A DNA stretch of 64,000 nucleotides from an uncultured Verrucomicrobiae bacterium (GTDB lineage Bacteria > Verrucomicrobiota > Verrucomicrobiia > Chthoniobacterales > JAATET01), in NCBI GenBank assembly GCA_963719495.1, contig CAVRCI010000005.1:96001-160000 (forward strand), in the 5' to 3' direction. Within the stretch, counting starts at the first letter, position 1. Every line of letters starts with the position of its first letter. A model generated the notes under the pieces. The model was not told the origin of the DNA. It searched no databases and was given only the letters and a program-made list of their open reading frames with translations. Both the position numbers and the translations under genes were made by a program. Shown here piece by piece: positions 62,952-64,000 of this stretch.

Positions 62952-64000
62952 GTGCCCGCCGTCCGCAAACTCCTCCACCGCCTCCGCTGGCCCGCGCTCA
63001 TTCTCCTCGCGCTCGCCGCCCTCCTCCTCGCGTTCCACCGCCCCCTCGTTTTCGAAATCACCCGTCGCCTCATCGTCCGCTCCGCCGAAGACCAGCAACT
63101 CCGCCTCACCTACGAGCTGGGCGGCTCGATCTTCACCACCCTGCGAGTCACCAACGTCGTCGCCGACCCCGACCCCGACAGCCCGATCCGCAAACTCACC
63201 ATCGGCGAGATCGGCCTCCAATACAGCCTCCTTGACTGGATTCGAAAAGGCTACCCCGGCCTCCTCAAAACGATCCGCCTAACCGATTTCAACCTGGAAA
63301 TCGACCAAACCAAATTCCAACCCCGCCAAGCAAATCAAAGCATTTCCACCAATCACCATTCACCAGTCACCAATCACCAATTTCCCCTCCTCTTCCCCGA
63401 AAAGGTCGAAATCACCAACTTCAGCTTCATCGCCCGCTCCCCTCAGGGCGACTTCACCTTCACCGGTTTCACCCTCCTCCTTCTCCCCGACCGCCCCGGC
63501 ACCCTCCGCGTCGGCCGCTTTTCGGCCCCCGGCTCCCCCACCTTCGAAAACCTCGAAGGACGCACGACCTTCACCGACCGCAACCTCATCCTCACCGACC
63601 TCGCCATCGGCCCCAAGATCCGGATCGACCGCTTCAACTTCGACGCCTCCCAGCTCGGCGAAAGCCGCCTCGGCCTCGCCGCCGACGCCACCGTCTTTGG
63701 CGGCACCGCCCACCTCGACGTCGCCCTCCGAGACATCTACGAGACCAACCGCTCGACCCTTCGCACCCGCGTCGAAGGCATCGCCCTCGAACGCGTCGCC
63801 GAGTTCCTCAACCTCCGCCCCGCCCCGAGCGGTCGGATCACCGACCTCACGCTCAACTACGAAGGCGAACTCCTCCGCCCCCTCACGTGGACCGGAAACG
63901 GTCGCGCCGAATTCGACGACCTCCAACTCGACCAACCCCGCATCGACCACCTCCTCGCCGTCTTCACCCTCGCCGACGGCCGCGCCCGGATCGACCTCCG
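62952..64000 (+). CDS. TamB/AsmA-like envelope protein, 3'-partial (not in the ORF track)
   Basis: GTG at 62952 gives VPAVRKLLHRLRWPALILLALAALLLAFHRP (TM anchor), then beta-rich sequence apparently open to the window end. Confidence 0.65.
   Translation, partial: MPAVRKLLHRLRWPALILLALAALLLAFHRPLVFEITRRLIVRSAEDQQLRLTYELGGSIFTTLRVTNVVADPDPDSPIRKLTIGEIGLQYSLLDWIRKGYPGLLKTIRLTDFNLEIDQTKFQPRQANQSISTNHHSPVTNHQFPLLFPEKVEITNFSFIARSPQGDFTFTGFTLLLLPDRPGTLRVGRFSAPGSPTFENLEGRTTFTDRNLILTDLAIGPKIRIDRFNFDASQLGESRLGLAADATVFGGTAHLDVALRDIYETNRSTLRTRVEGIALERVAEFLNLRPAPSGRITDLTLNYEGELLRPLTWTGNGRAEFDDLQLDQPRIDHLLAVFTLADGRARIDL

Overview
GC-rich bacterial chromosomal segment. PEP-CTERM proteins, prepilin/H-X9-DG proteins and a long three-domain IspG suggest Verrucomicrobiota (inference, not a database result). 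The first ~5 kb is a decayed accessory patch: an HA-repeat protein, two PIN-type toxin-antitoxin modules (one toxin pseudogenised), and two convergent genes truncated at a duplicated, nested hairpin element. The rest is mostly core or metabolic: rhamnose/fucose catabolism, mqo, a SAM-I riboswitch-controlled thrC-like/MoaD/NIL operon, a C5-methyltransferase plus Bpu10I-family R-M pair, argD, rseP, ispG, tatA, ftsH, rpsN, rarA, metH and a partial TamB/AsmA-like gene. The most notable items are: (1) a divergent surface metal-capture locus at 39.6-48 kb (DHxH pseudopilins, His-bearing PEP-CTERM proteins, PCuAC/SCO/cytochrome c and a CxxC/Pro-rich putative leader ORF); (2) a fixed-end, symmetrically 'stuttering' hairpin element at 3.1-3.7 kb; (3) many families of short palindromic or tandem repeats that have entered coding sequence in frame (ispG, metH, tamB-like) and appear to supply signal-peptide segments. 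No rRNA, tRNA, CRISPR array or transposase was recognised. All family assignments come from motif recognition by eye.
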